Shown: piece by piece, positions 17,752-27,700 of the stretch
Position numbering within the stretch: the stretch's first letter is position 1
Layout of the letters: the number at the start of each line of letters is the position of its first letter
NCBI GenBank assembly: GCA_031363915.1
Contig: JANLVI010000007.1
Span: forward strand, 190,895-254,894
Source: Vulcanimicrobiota bacterium
GTDB taxonomy: Bacteria > Vulcanimicrobiota > Vulcanimicrobiia > Vulcanimicrobiales > Vulcanimicrobiaceae
Length of the DNA stretch: 64,000 nucleotides
Direction: 5' to 3'
The notes under the pieces: generated by a model
Database searches by the model: none
The model's input: only the letters and a program-made list of their open reading frames with translations
What the model was told of the DNA's origin: nothing
Translations under genes and position numbers: made by a program

Positions 17752-18368
17752 GACACCGCTTCCTGACTCGACTCGCGATAGAGTTGACGATCGACGATGT
17801 AGCGATACACGGCCTCCGGGATGAGGTACCGTGCGCTGCGTCCTGCGGCAAGCAGCGTGCGAACGAGCGTTGCGGATTCCGCGACGACTGGAAGATCGAG
17901 CATGCGTACTTTCGCACGCAGGGGAGGGGGTAAATCGGTGAGCGCCGCTTCGAGTTCGCTCACCGTGATGTCACCACGCGGTGCGACGACGAATTCTGAG
18001 AGGGCGCCGAGAATCTCATCGAGTCGCTGCCAGTGCGAGCGAACGAGCGAGTCACCGCCGACGATGAACGTCAGTTCGTCACCGGGGTAGCGCGCGCGTA
18101 AACGCGGTAAGAGATCGGCAGTATAGCCGCTTGCTTCCGGCGCTAAATCCGCATCGTCATAGGCGAATGCGACGTTTGCAGCGATGGCGAGGCGAATCAT
18201 TTGCGAGCGATCGTCGCCCGATGCGACGATCCGCGAGCGATGCTGTCCCGAACGCGTCGGAACGAAGACGACGCGGTCCAGGCCGCATTCTTCCCGCACG
18301 GCCTCGGCAACGAAGAGATGGCCGTTGTGGATCGGATCGAATCCGCCGCCGAATATTCCGATGCGCAT
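17748..18368 (-). CDS. nadD: Nicotinate-nucleotide adenylyltransferase
   Basis: MRIGIFGGGFDPIHNGHL (the (H/T)xGH nucleotidyltransferase motif) and a SxT-type C-terminal motif. 4-nt overlap with lysA. Confidence 0.9.
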   Translation of the reverse strand: MRIGIFGGGFDPIHNGHLFVAEAVREECGLDRVVFVPTRSGQHRSRIVASGDDRSQMIRLAIAANVAFAYDDADLAPEASGYTADLLPRLRARYPGDELTFIVGGDSLVRSHWQRLDEILGALSEFVVAPRGDITVSELEAALTDLPPPLRAKVRMLDLPVVAESATLVRTLLAAGRSARYLIPEAVYRYIVDRQLYRESSQEAVS

Positions 18369-18371
18369 GAA

Positions 18372-19649
18372 CTAGCTGTACAAGAACTCGTTGCCGGCGA
18401 TCCGAACGGTGTCGCCTTCGGCGACACCGAGTTCGCGCAGGCGTTTCTCGACGCCGAGTTTCGCCAGCACTTGTTCGAATCGCCCGAGCGCCTCGTCCGA
18501 ATCGAAGTCGGTCATCTGTGCGAGGCGCTCGATGCGCTCGCCGCTCACGACGAAGACACCCGATTCGACGCGTACTTCAAAGGGTTCGGCGGCGGCGAGG
18601 ACGATCTGCGCGGGCTCGGGAGTCGCCACGGCGGGTAGCGGCGTTTCTTGAATCGTGAGCCACGCAAGCGAAAGCAGTTCTTTGATGCCGGCACCCGTTG
18701 CCGCCGAAATGCCGATGAGATTCGGTAATTTTACGCGCAGTTGCGCGAAGGTCTCTTGCGCATCGGGCAGATCGAGTTTGGTGATGACGGGAATCGTCGG
18801 GCGCTCGGCGAGCGCGGGATTCCACGACGCAAGTTCGTGTTCGATCGTCGCTTTGTCGGCGAGCAGTTCGTCGATCGGCTTTGCGCCGTCCATCAAATGC
18901 AAGAGCACGCGCGTGCGTTCCACGTGACGCAGGAAGCGATCGCCGAGGCCCGCGCCTTCGTGCGCGCCTTCGATCAAACCGGGAACGTCGACCATCACGA
19001 ACGATTCATCGACGTCGATGCGAATGACACCCAGCTGCGGCTCGAGCGTCGTGAAGGGGTAGTCGGCGATCTTCGGGCGCGCCGCCGAAACGACGGAAAG
19101 CAGGGTCGATTTACCCGCATTCGGCAAGCCGACGAGGCCGCAGTCAGCGAGCAATTTGAGTTCCATGCGCAGCGCGCAACGTTCGCCCGGCTGGCCTTTT
19201 TCGGCGAACGTCGGCGCCTGACGAGCGCTCGTTGCGAAATGCTGGTTGCCCAGTCCCCCCCGGCCGCCTTTCGCGACTAAGGCACGTTCGAACGGCTCGC
19301 TCAAGTCGGCAAAGAGACGTTCTTGGCCGGTCTTGTTGTCGACGTCGATCTCTGCGCGGTAGACGAGCGTACCCACGGGGACGGCGATGATGAGATCCTC
19401 GCCGCTCTTGCCGGACTTGTTCGTCGTCGAGCCACCCTCACCGGATTCCGCCGCGAATTGCTTCTTGAACCGGAAGTCGACGAGCGTCCCTAAGTTGGGG
19501 GTCGCTTCGAGAAAGACGCTGCCGCCGCGCCCCCCATCGCCGCCCGCCGGGCCACCTTTGGGCACGTATTTCTCTTTGCGCCAGGCAACTTTGCCGGCGC
19601 CGCCGCTGCCGGCCGCGATCCCAATGGACGCTTCATCAATGAATTGCAT
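18372..19649 (-). CDS. obg: GTPase Obg/CgtA
   Basis: Gly-rich Obg fold (GGPAGGDGGRGG), G1 motif GLPNAGKST, DVPGLIEGA, and a C-terminal OCT/TGS domain. Confidence 0.95.
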   Translation of the reverse strand: MQFIDEASIGIAAGSGGAGKVAWRKEKYVPKGGPAGGDGGRGGSVFLEATPNLGTLVDFRFKKQFAAESGEGGSTTNKSGKSGEDLIIAVPVGTLVYRAEIDVDNKTGQERLFADLSEPFERALVAKGGRGGLGNQHFATSARQAPTFAEKGQPGERCALRMELKLLADCGLVGLPNAGKSTLLSVVSAARPKIADYPFTTLEPQLGVIRIDVDESFVMVDVPGLIEGAHEGAGLGDRFLRHVERTRVLLHLMDGAKPIDELLADKATIEHELASWNPALAERPTIPVITKLDLPDAQETFAQLRVKLPNLIGISAATGAGIKELLSLAWLTIQETPLPAVATPEPAQIVLAAAEPFEVRVESGVFVVSGERIERLAQMTDFDSDEALGRFEQVLAKLGVEKRLRELGVAEGDTVRIAGNEFLYS

Positions 19650-19650
19650 A

Positions 19651-19676
19651 CATCAAAAAAGAGCCCGCAGGCTCTT
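19651..19676 (-). terminator. Intrinsic terminator or attenuator between rpmA and obg
   Basis: On the minus strand: AAAGAGCC-ugcg-GGCUCUUU followed by UUUUUGAUG, about 30 nt after the rpmA stop and just before the obg start codon. Confidence 0.45.
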
Positions 19677-19708
19677 TGAACTCCGTGAGCACGAAGGCGG
19701 GCGGAGCG

Positions 19709-19990
19709 TTACTCCGCCGCCGGAACGATGTTCACGAATTGGCGATTCCGCCGCGTGCTGAACTGCACGTGCCCTTCGACGAGCGCGAAGAGGGTGTGGT
19801 CTTTCCCCATGCCCATGTTGACGCCCGGGTAGAACTTCGTGCCGCGCTGACGGATGATGACGTTGCCCGCGAGTACGAGCTCTCCGCCGTAGCGCTTCAC
19901 GCCCAGGCGCTGAGCATTGGAATCGCGGCCGTTTCGCGTGGAGCCGCCGCCCTTTTTGGATGCGAACAGCTGCAGATCGAAGTTAAACAT
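19709..19990 (-). CDS. rpmA: 50S ribosomal protein L27 with a Prp-cleavable N-terminal extension
   Basis: ATG at 19990 (Met-67 of track ORF 19709..20188). MFNFDLQLF|[28 protein letters not shown]: the first 9 residues match the (L/F)x(L/F)Q(L/F)F|A propeptide removed by Prp protease in Firmicutes-type L27. Confidence 0.9.
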   Translation of the reverse strand: MFNFDLQLFASKKGGGSTRNGRDSNAQRLGVKRYGGELVLAGNVIIRQRGTKFYPGVNMGMGKDHTLFALVEGHVQFSTRRNRQFVNIVPAAE

Positions 19991-20264
19991 AGCCACGGAA
20001 GTATACCAGAGGGATCGCCGGGCGTAAAGGCCCGAGGGGCGCACCCGTTTTGGCGGCCCCCGGCCTGAACGAACTCGGGCCCACACGGGCGGACGGCTCG
20101 GTGTTGCGGCAGTTGGCCTGGGGAGCGGAGCGACGCTGCCGCACCGCCCGGACGAGCGCTGCCTATGTGCGGCACGCACTACGCGCACGGCGATAGCAGT
20201 GCGCGCGGCGACATCGCGGTCGTGCTGCCCCCCCCCCGGAACGGGCGCCGATCGTGGTCGCGGC

Positions 20265-21647
20265 CTATCTCACCGGATCGACGCTCGCAGCCGCAGATCG
20301 CGACCGACGCGCGGTAAGCCGCGCACGCACGGGCGTGAGCGGACGCAGCGTAACCAGCGGTTCCACCTGCGGAATGTTTGCATCCACCGGCTCGAGCGTG
20401 TACTTTTGCGCGATCGTTGCAAGTGCGAGGATGCTTTCGGTCCAGGCGAATGCCTCGCCGATGCAACGGCGGTTGCCTCCGCCGAAGGGAAAGTACGCGA
20501 ATTTGGGCAGCGTCGGGCGAATCTCGGCCCACCGCTCGGGTCGGAAGGCGAGCGGATCCTCGAAGTAGTTCGGGTTGCGGTGCGACGCATAGGGTGAAGT
20601 GATGACGACGGAGTTCGTTTCGAGCGCATAACCGCCGACGACGACCGGCTGCATTGCAAGCCGGCTTACGACCCACGCCGGCGGATAGAGCCGCATCGCT
20701 TCGCTTAAGACATCGCGCGTGTACGCAAGCGTTTCCACATCCGCCATCGTGGCCGCGCGGGTTCCGAGCAGCGCATCGACTTCCGCGCGCATCTTCGCCG
20801 CAGCCTCCGGCGCGCGTCCGAGCAGCGCCCACGTCCACGTCAGCGCGTTTGCGGTCGTTTCGTGTCCGGCGGTGAACATCGTGATTGCTTCATCACGCAC
20901 CTGTTCGTCGCTCATCGTTTCCGCCTCGTCACTTGCGAGCAGCAGCATCGAGAGCAGGTCGCCACGGTCGCCGCTCGCGCGGCGTTCGGCGATGATGCGA
21001 TAGATGATCGTATCGAGCGCGGCACGCGCGGCGTTGGCTCGGCGCGCGACGGGCAGCCACGGCATGCGATCCACGAGCGGGCCGAGCGGCGACATCGTGA
21101 CCGGCAGCATCTTCATCGCATCGGTGAGCGCGTTTCCGATGACGCGCGCATCGGCATCGACGTTGGTTCCGAAGAGTGTGCGCGCCGCGATCGCAAGCGT
21201 CACATGCATCATCGTTTCACCGACGTCGACGACGGCACCGTCGCTCCACGATCTCATCGCGCGCTGCGTCTCTTCGACCATTTGCGCAGCATACGTTGCG
21301 ATGCGATCGCGATGAAACGCCGGTTGCGCGAGCCGCCGCTGCCGCAGATGCAGCGGTTCTTCGCTTGTCAGCAAGCCGTGACCGAGTAGCGGGATCAAAC
21401 GCTGGATCCCGCGGCCTTTGTGAAAGTGCGGCGTCTGGTGTACGAGCACGTCTTCGACGATCGCGGGATCGCTCGCCAGCCAGAAGTGCTGGGCTCCCAT
21501 CTTCCAGTGTGCGAGCCCGCCGTACGCCTGCGCCGTTTCGGCGAAGAACGCTGCGGCACCGCGTAAGAGGCCACCGCGATTCATTTTCGCGATCGCTTCA
21601 AGCGAGCCGGGCCCGGCTGGATAACGTAATCTCTCGAGCGTCGTCAT
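20265..21647 (-). CDS. Cytochrome P450 monooxygenase
   Basis: Heme-binding loop [15 protein letters not shown]-helix AGHETT, and an ExxR-type motif. The likely start is MTTLERL (ATG at 21647). Confidence 0.9.
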   Translation of the reverse strand: MTTLERLRYPAGPGSLEAIAKMNRGGLLRGAAAFFAETAQAYGGLAHWKMGAQHFWLASDPAIVEDVLVHQTPHFHKGRGIQRLIPLLGHGLLTSEEPLHLRQRRLAQPAFHRDRIATYAAQMVEETQRAMRSWSDGAVVDVGETMMHVTLAIAARTLFGTNVDADARVIGNALTDAMKMLPVTMSPLGPLVDRMPWLPVARRANAARAALDTIIYRIIAERRASGDRGDLLSMLLLASDEAETMSDEQVRDEAITMFTAGHETTANALTWTWALLGRAPEAAAKMRAEVDALLGTRAATMADVETLAYTRDVLSEAMRLYPPAWVVSRLAMQPVVVGGYALETNSVVITSPYASHRNPNYFEDPLAFRPERWAEIRPTLPKFAYFPFGGGNRRCIGEAFAWTESILALATIAQKYTLEPVDANIPQVEPLVTLRPLTPVRARLTARRSRSAAASVDPVR

Positions 21648-21714
21648 AGGCGTTCTTTCTGGCTGTACCCGCATGCGGTCATCACAGACTTTTGTTCCGC
21701 CGGAAACTCGCCTT

Positions 21715-21758
21715 CACGTGCAAACGGCGGCCCCGCGCGGGCCGCCGTTTGCAACGTG
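21715..21758. promoter_or_regulatory. Perfect 13-bp inverted repeat with a 5-nt spacer (CAAACGGCGGCCC-cgcgc-GGGCCGCCGTTTG), flanked by an ACGTG/CACGT-like extension, in the P450 upstream region
   Basis: Read directly from the sequence. It lies about 60-110 nt upstream of the P450 start and about 15 nt downstream of the stop of the Asn-rich gene. No U-tract follows on either strand. Confidence 0.4.
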
Positions 21759-21768
21759 TTTGCTGAAA

Positions 21769-22509
21769 TTAACCGGAGATGCGAAGCGCTTTGATCGTGC
21801 GACCATCGCCGCTGGGAAAGCCGACGACGGTCAGACGTTTGCCGAAGCCGCCGAGTTGCGTTGCAAAGCAAGTCTGATTCGAGGTGATGACCGTGTAGGT
21901 CTGACCCGGGATCGGGATGCCGCTCTGCTGCGTGACGAGCTGGAATCGTCCGTTGCCGTCCGGCGCGCCGGTTTGGTAACCGGTGATCGACTGCGTGCCC
22001 TGATTGTAGCCGTTCGTATTGCAGTTGTTCTGACCGTACGGGTAGTTGTTTCCACTGTTGTAGCCCGTGTTGTTCGGGGCGTTTACATCGAGCACGCGCG
22101 TGGCGTAGAATTGGCCGTTGTTGCCGTACGTACCGTAGAGACGCACGTGCTCGCCGACGCCGATATTGTTCGCCTGGCCGTTGTTGAGTGCGCTCTGGTC
22201 GTTGACCGTGAGGTACTGGCCGTTTTGCAGCTGGACGTTGAGCAGATTGCCGTTGACGTTGCGGATCGTGCCCAGGATGCTGTTGCCGTTCTGACCGTGG
22301 TGGTGCTTGTGCTTGCCGTGTTCGTCGCCTTGGTCGTCTTCGTCGTCGCTGTGTTTCTGTTCGTCATCGGCGAGCGCCGCACGGGGCGCGCCGTTGGTAA
22401 GCGAGGGGTTTGTTCCGGCGAGGCGGACGCTGCCGGTAAGGAGCGAGCCGGTCGCGGCGACGCCGAAAAACGCGGCGAGAACGGCGGCTTGGAACTTGCT
22501 TCTTTGCAT
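21769..22509 (-). CDS. Secreted Asn/Gln/Gly/Tyr-rich protein with an acidic His-rich segment (hypothetical)
   Basis: ATG at 22509 with GGAGG 11 nt upstream. Signal peptide MQRSKFQAAVLAAFFGVAATGSLLTGS. Contains DDEQKHSDDEDDQGDEHGKHKHHHGQ, then long N/Q/G/Y-rich low-complexity sequence. The gene is visibly lower in GC than its neighbours. Confidence 0.7.
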   Translation of the reverse strand: MQRSKFQAAVLAAFFGVAATGSLLTGSVRLAGTNPSLTNGAPRAALADDEQKHSDDEDDQGDEHGKHKHHHGQNGNSILGTIRNVNGNLLNVQLQNGQYLTVNDQSALNNGQANNIGVGEHVRLYGTYGNNGQFYATRVLDVNAPNNTGYNSGNNYPYGQNNCNTNGYNQGTQSITGYQTGAPDGNGRFQLVTQQSGIPIPGQTYTVITSNQTCFATQLGGFGKRLTVVGFPSGDGRTIKALRISG

Positions 22510-22635
22510 TAGGTTGGGGCCTCCGGGGTTCCGTGAATTGTGAATACGGGATGAGAACGAAGAGGTGAGCCCTTTTTGTTCCCCGTTCACCGACTTTCCA
22601 TCGTTTAAGGAGGGACCGATTCCGGTCCGAGGTAT

Positions 22636-23895
22636 TTGAGCGAGGTTTTGGAGACGCGCCGAGTCGTCGTCACGGGCCTTGGAGCCGTGACGCCCCTAGG
22701 GAACACCAAGGAAGCATTCTGGGACGGGCTGATCGCCGGAAAAAGCGGGGTCGGCCCGGTCACGCACTTCGATCCGACCAAGCTCACGACACGGATCGCC
22801 GCCGAGGTCAAAGGCTTTGACCCCGACGCCCTGATCGGGCGGCGCGATGCGCGCAAGATGGATCGTTACGCCCAGTTCGCCTACGTTGCGGCAAACGAAG
22901 CGATCGCCGATGCGAACTTCCCGGAAGACGCCGAGGTGCGCATGAACACGGGCGCCATCATCGGGACCGGCATCGGCGGCATCATCACCGTCGAAGACAC
23001 CGTTACCAAGACCGCGCCGACGCAAGCCTGGGATCGCATCTCGCCGTTCTTCGTGCCGATGCTCATGGCAAACGCCGCCTCGGGACACATCTCGATGGCG
23101 CACGGTCTGCGCGGACCGTTGTACGCGGTCTCAAGCGCCTGCGCGAGCGCAAACGACGCGCTCTCTGCAGCGTACAATGCCATCGTGACGGGCGATGCAA
23201 TCGCCATGGTTACGGGCGGTAGCGAAGCGACCATCATTGCAACGGCGATGGGCGGGTTTTGTTCGATGAAGGCGTTCTCGACGCGCAACGACGAGCCGGA
23301 AAAGGCCTCGCGCCCGTTCGATCGCGAGCGCGACGGGTTCGTACTCGCCGAAGGCGGTGCAATTTTGATTTTCGAAGAACGCGAGTTTGCCATCGCCCGC
23401 GGAGCGCGCATCTATGCCGAAGTGTTGGGCTACGGACAATCGGCCGATGCGTACAATCTCGTCGCACCCGATCCGGAATCCAAAGGCGTCGCGCTTGCGA
23501 TGGAACGCGCGATCAAGAAGGCCGGCATCGCAAAAGAACGCGTGAACTATATCAACGCGCATGGCACCTCGACGCCGCTCGGCGATACCGCCGAGTCGCA
23601 AGCGATCGAGCGTGTTTTCGGCGAGCACGCAAAAAAGCTCGCAGTGAGTTCGACGAAATCCATGCACGGCCACGCACTCGGTGCCGCGGGCGCCCTCGAA
23701 GGTGTCGCGACAGTGCTCGCGATCGATCGCGGCATCATTCCGCCGACGATCAACTACGATTACCCGGATCCGACGTGCACGCTCGACTACGTCCCCAACG
23801 TCGCGCGCAAAGCCCGGATCGACGTCGCGCTCTCCAATTCGTTTGGATTCGGCGGGCACAACGGCGTCGTGATTTTCGCGCGCCATCATGCGTAG
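22636..23895 (+). CDS. fabF: 3-oxoacyl-[ACP] synthase II
   Basis: KAS II: active-site Cys in AVSSACASA, the His-His pair (NAHGTST ... SMHGHALGAAGA), and C-terminal NSFGFGGHN. Confidence 0.95.
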   Translation: MSEVLETRRVVVTGLGAVTPLGNTKEAFWDGLIAGKSGVGPVTHFDPTKLTTRIAAEVKGFDPDALIGRRDARKMDRYAQFAYVAANEAIADANFPEDAEVRMNTGAIIGTGIGGIITVEDTVTKTAPTQAWDRISPFFVPMLMANAASGHISMAHGLRGPLYAVSSACASANDALSAAYNAIVTGDAIAMVTGGSEATIIATAMGGFCSMKAFSTRNDEPEKASRPFDRERDGFVLAEGGAILIFEEREFAIARGARIYAEVLGYGQSADAYNLVAPDPESKGVALAMERAIKKAGIAKERVNYINAHGTSTPLGDTAESQAIERVFGEHAKKLAVSSTKSMHGHALGAAGALEGVATVLAIDRGIIPPTINYDYPDPTCTLDYVPNVARKARIDVALSNSFGFGGHNGVVIFARHHA

Positions 23896-23903
23896 GATCT
23901 GCC

Positions 23904-24704
23904 GTGCCGGGTGAGGCCCGTCGCCGGCGCATTCGGGCGTTGCTTCGCGCGGTCGACATCGACCTCGATCCGATCGCCGTCGAGCCCGCGTTCGTTCACG
24001 AATCCGCTGCGCGCGAGGGTGCAGGCGCCTCGAACGAACGGCTCGAGCTGCTCGGGGATGCGATCCTGGGCTTCGTCACGGTGCGCTGGCTCTTCGAACG
24101 CTACCCAAGCGCCAACGAAGGCGAACTCGCCCGGCGCAAGCACGCCTTAGTGAGCGGTGATGCGTGCGCGCAGACGGCCAAGCGTCTGGGTTTTGGCGAT
24201 CTGCTGCTGCTCGGTCATGGCGCCGCGAGCAGCGGCGGGGCGGAGAATTCGTCGATCCTGTCCGATTCGTTCGAGGCCTTCATCGCGGCAGTGGTGCGCG
24301 CAAGCGATCTTGCCGTCGGAGCCGCGTTCATCGAGCGCGAGCATCTCGCGCACGTCGAGCGTGACGAGCAGGCCTTCGCCGATGCGAAGACCGCCTTGCA
24401 AGAATATACCCAGGGGCGATATGGCTTTGCCCCCACGTACTACGAGCGCTCGGAGGGACCGCCCCACGAGCGGCGCTTCACCTCGGTTGTAAAAATCGGC
24501 GAGGAAGCGATGGGCGAGGGCATCGGGTCGTCGAAGAAAGCCGCCCAGCAGGCCGCTGCGGGCTTGGCCCTTGCCAATCTGCGAAAGCGCGACGGCGATC
24601 CGCCGCCGCCCGAGGACCCCGTTCCCCCAAGTGATCCGCGCGTTATCGATTTAAGTACGCGGAAGAAGAGTTCACGCCCGCGCCGCCCGCGCACGAAAGT
24701 TTAG
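23904..24704 (+). CDS. rnc: Ribonuclease III
   Basis: GTG at 23904 (Val-216 of track ORF 23259..24704), 8 nt after the fabF stop. RNase III signature ERLELLGDAILG, a dsRBD (KTALQEYTQ...GEGIGSSKKAAQQAAA) and a basic C-terminal tail. Confidence 0.9.
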   Translation: MPGEARRRRIRALLRAVDIDLDPIAVEPAFVHESAAREGAGASNERLELLGDAILGFVTVRWLFERYPSANEGELARRKHALVSGDACAQTAKRLGFGDLLLLGHGAASSGGAENSSILSDSFEAFIAAVVRASDLAVGAAFIEREHLAHVERDEQAFADAKTALQEYTQGRYGFAPTYYERSEGPPHERRFTSVVKIGEEAMGEGIGSSKKAAQQAAAGLALANLRKRDGDPPPPEDPVPPSDPRVIDLSTRKKSSRPRRPRTKV

Positions 24705-24706
24705 TA

Positions 24707-27700
24707 ATGCGTCTCAAATCGCTCCGCGTCTTCGGCTTCAAAACGTTTGCCGAGCAGACCACCTTGGATTTCAACGAAGGCATTACGGCCGTCGTCGGAC
24801 CCAACGGTTCGGGCAAATCCAATTTGGTCGACGCGATTCGCTGGGTGCTCGGCGAGCAGAGCTCGCGGTCGCTGCGGTCCAATAAAATGGAAGACGTGAT
24901 TTTCGCGGGCAACACCTCGCGCAAACCCTTGGGCATGGCCGAGGTCACGCTGACTTTCGACAACCACGATGGGGCTTTGCCGATCGACTTCCGCGAAGTC
25001 TCGATCACGCGCCGCGCCTATCGCGCGGGCGATTCGGAATACTTCATCAACCGCAATCACGTACGTCTGCGCGACGTCGTCGAACTCTTGATGGGCACGG
25101 GCCTGGGGCCCGGTTCGTATGCGATCGTCTCGCAGGGTCAGATCGATGCGATCCTCTCATCGAAGCCGCAAGAGCGCCGCAGTCTCTTCGAAGAAACCGC
25201 CGGTATTGCGAAGTTTCTCGCGCGCAAGAACGAGGCGATGCGGCGTCTCGACGGGACCGAGCAAAACGCGATTCGCGCGAACGACCTCATCGCCGAACTC
25301 GAACGGCGCGGCCCCGAACTCGATACGCAAGTGCGCCGCGCGAAGCGCTACCGCAAGGTCACGACGCGCGTGCGCGATCTCGAGATTCTCTCGTACTTGC
25401 GCGCGAGCGAAAGCCGTCGCGGCGAGCGCGAACGCGTGCAGTCTGAAGTCGACGTGGTCGACGGGCGCAAAGTCTCCGCAGCCGCTCGCGCGAGCACGCT
25501 CGGTGCGGAACTCTCGGCCTCGCGCAACGATCTCTATGCATTCGAAATCGATCTCGAAGAGCGCCGCTCGCAGGCGCAGAAACTGCGCGCCGAACTCGCG
25601 CGCGGCGAAGCCGACCACGCCGCTGCAATCGCGCGCCGCGATGCGCTCGATTCACAATCGACGTCGAGCCTTTCGGATCGCGAACGCGTCGAGTCCGAAC
25701 GCGCGTCGCTGACCGCCTCGATCGCCTCGCTTGCCGAACGCATCGCGCCGCTGCAAACGCAGCTCGAATCGATGGGCGAACGCGAACTCGCTGCGAGCGC
25801 CGCCGTGAGCGATGCGCGCTCGGGCCTCGATCGCATCTTCACCGAACTTCGCGCCGTTGAAGCGGCGGCAGCCGAACGTGCCGCGAGCGAAGCCGAACGT
25901 CGCGCACAAGCGCAGAGCGCGCGCAGCGAGATCGAACGTCTCGAACGCGAAGCAACGGCGCTTCGCGAACGCATCGGCGAACACGAACGCTCGGCTGCGG
26001 GCGCGCGTGCACGTTTTGAGGCTGCCGCACAAAACGAAGCGGGACTCGAAGCCGAACTCAGCGCCCAACGTGCCTCCGCCGAAGCGGCCGAGGCCGCGGG
26101 CCCCGCCGCCGCCGAACGCATGGCAGCGTTGCAGAACCGCTACCGTCACTTGGCAAGCGAACAGGCCGGCGCGGAATCGCGTCTGCATACGATCGAGGAA
26201 CTCGAAGCCAACCTCGAAGGTCACGTCCCCGGCACGCGCGCCGTGATCGAAGCCGCGGACCGCAGCGAACTGCGCGGTCTGCACGGCGTCGTCTCCAACC
26301 TCATTAGTGTGGACGAACGCTATGCCCGTGCGCTCGACATCGCCTTCGGGGCGGGACTCTCGAATATCGTCACCGCGACCGCGGAAGACGCCGAGCGTGC
26401 CGTTTCGTTTTTGCGCGACCGCGAACTCGGCCGCGCGACATTCTTGCCGCTCGATACGCTGGGCTCGCGGCGCGGTCACGACATCGGTAACTTACGCGGC
26501 CGTCCCGGCGTGATCGGCTACGCGCACGAACTGGTGACGGCTGACGAACAATATCGCGGCATCGTCGCCTTCCTCGTCGGTCGCATGCTCATCGTCGACG
26601 TGCTTGCGACGGGGATCGCGCTCACGCGCGGCGAGGGATTCCGGGATTCGATCGTCACGCTCGATGGCGAACAGATCCTCGGCGGCGGTGCGATCACCGG
26701 CGGCCGCTACCGCCGCGAGCGCTCCATTCTCGCCCGTCGCGCGCAAGCGCAGACGCTACGCGAGCGTCTCCCGCAACTGCGCGCGGAAATCGAAGAAGTC
26801 GAACGCGAAGGGCTCCTCGCCAAGGCGGAATTCGACGCGGCAAGTGCCACGCGCGATCGCGCCCGCGCCGCAGCGAACCAAGCCGAGATGGCGCTGCGCG
26901 AACTGCACACGCAACTCGAAACACTCACGAGCGAGATCGAACGCCTCGATCGCGAGACAACGCAGGCAAAAGAACGTCAGCAGACGCTCGTTCGCGCGCT
27001 TGAGGAAGCACGTGCGAAATTCGCAGTCCTCGAAAAAGTTGCCGACGATCATTTGGATATGACCGACGAACGCGCGCGCTTGGAGGCGGAACTCGCTGCT
27101 GCGCGCGCCCGCATATCGGACGTGGAATCAGGCCAGTCGGCGGTGGTCGCCCAGGCCAGCGCCGTGCGCGAGTCGCTCGCCGCACTCACCGCCGAGCGCG
27201 ACGGCAGCGCGGCTCGCCTTGGATTGCTCGATGCCGATAGCGAACGCGCCTCGGGTGCGCGCGAAGCGATGATGCGCGAACTCGAGATGCTGCGCGGCCA
27301 AATCGCCGCGAGCGAAGCGTCCCTCGGCGGGCTGCGTCGCACGGTGAGCGACGCCGATACCTTGGTCGGCGAGTCCCGGGCGAAGCGCGAACGAATGGCG
27401 GGTGACGCGGCACAAAAAGAAGCCGACGAACGTATCGCGCAGAGCGAAGATCGTGACGCGACGGCAGCCGGCGAAAACAATCGTCGACGTCTTGCGGAAA
27501 TCGACGCGGAACTTGGGATGTTGCAGTCGACCTTCGCGCAGAATCCGGCCTCCGTTGAGGAGATCGCGGACGTCACGACGCGCTATGCCGAAGAGACCGA
27601 TGAAATCATCGAGGAACTGCCGCGCTTACGCGAAGAACTCGCGCGTCTCGCAAACGTCAACCTCAACGCCGAGGTCGACCGCGACGAACTCACGGAACGC

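Noticed and set aside
19991-20264. rplU (L21) and prp expected immediately upstream of rpmA
   Set aside because: No ORF in any frame resembles L21 (MYAVIKTGGKQ...) or a Prp cysteine protease. The only ORFs are Arg/Pro-rich overlapping artefacts.
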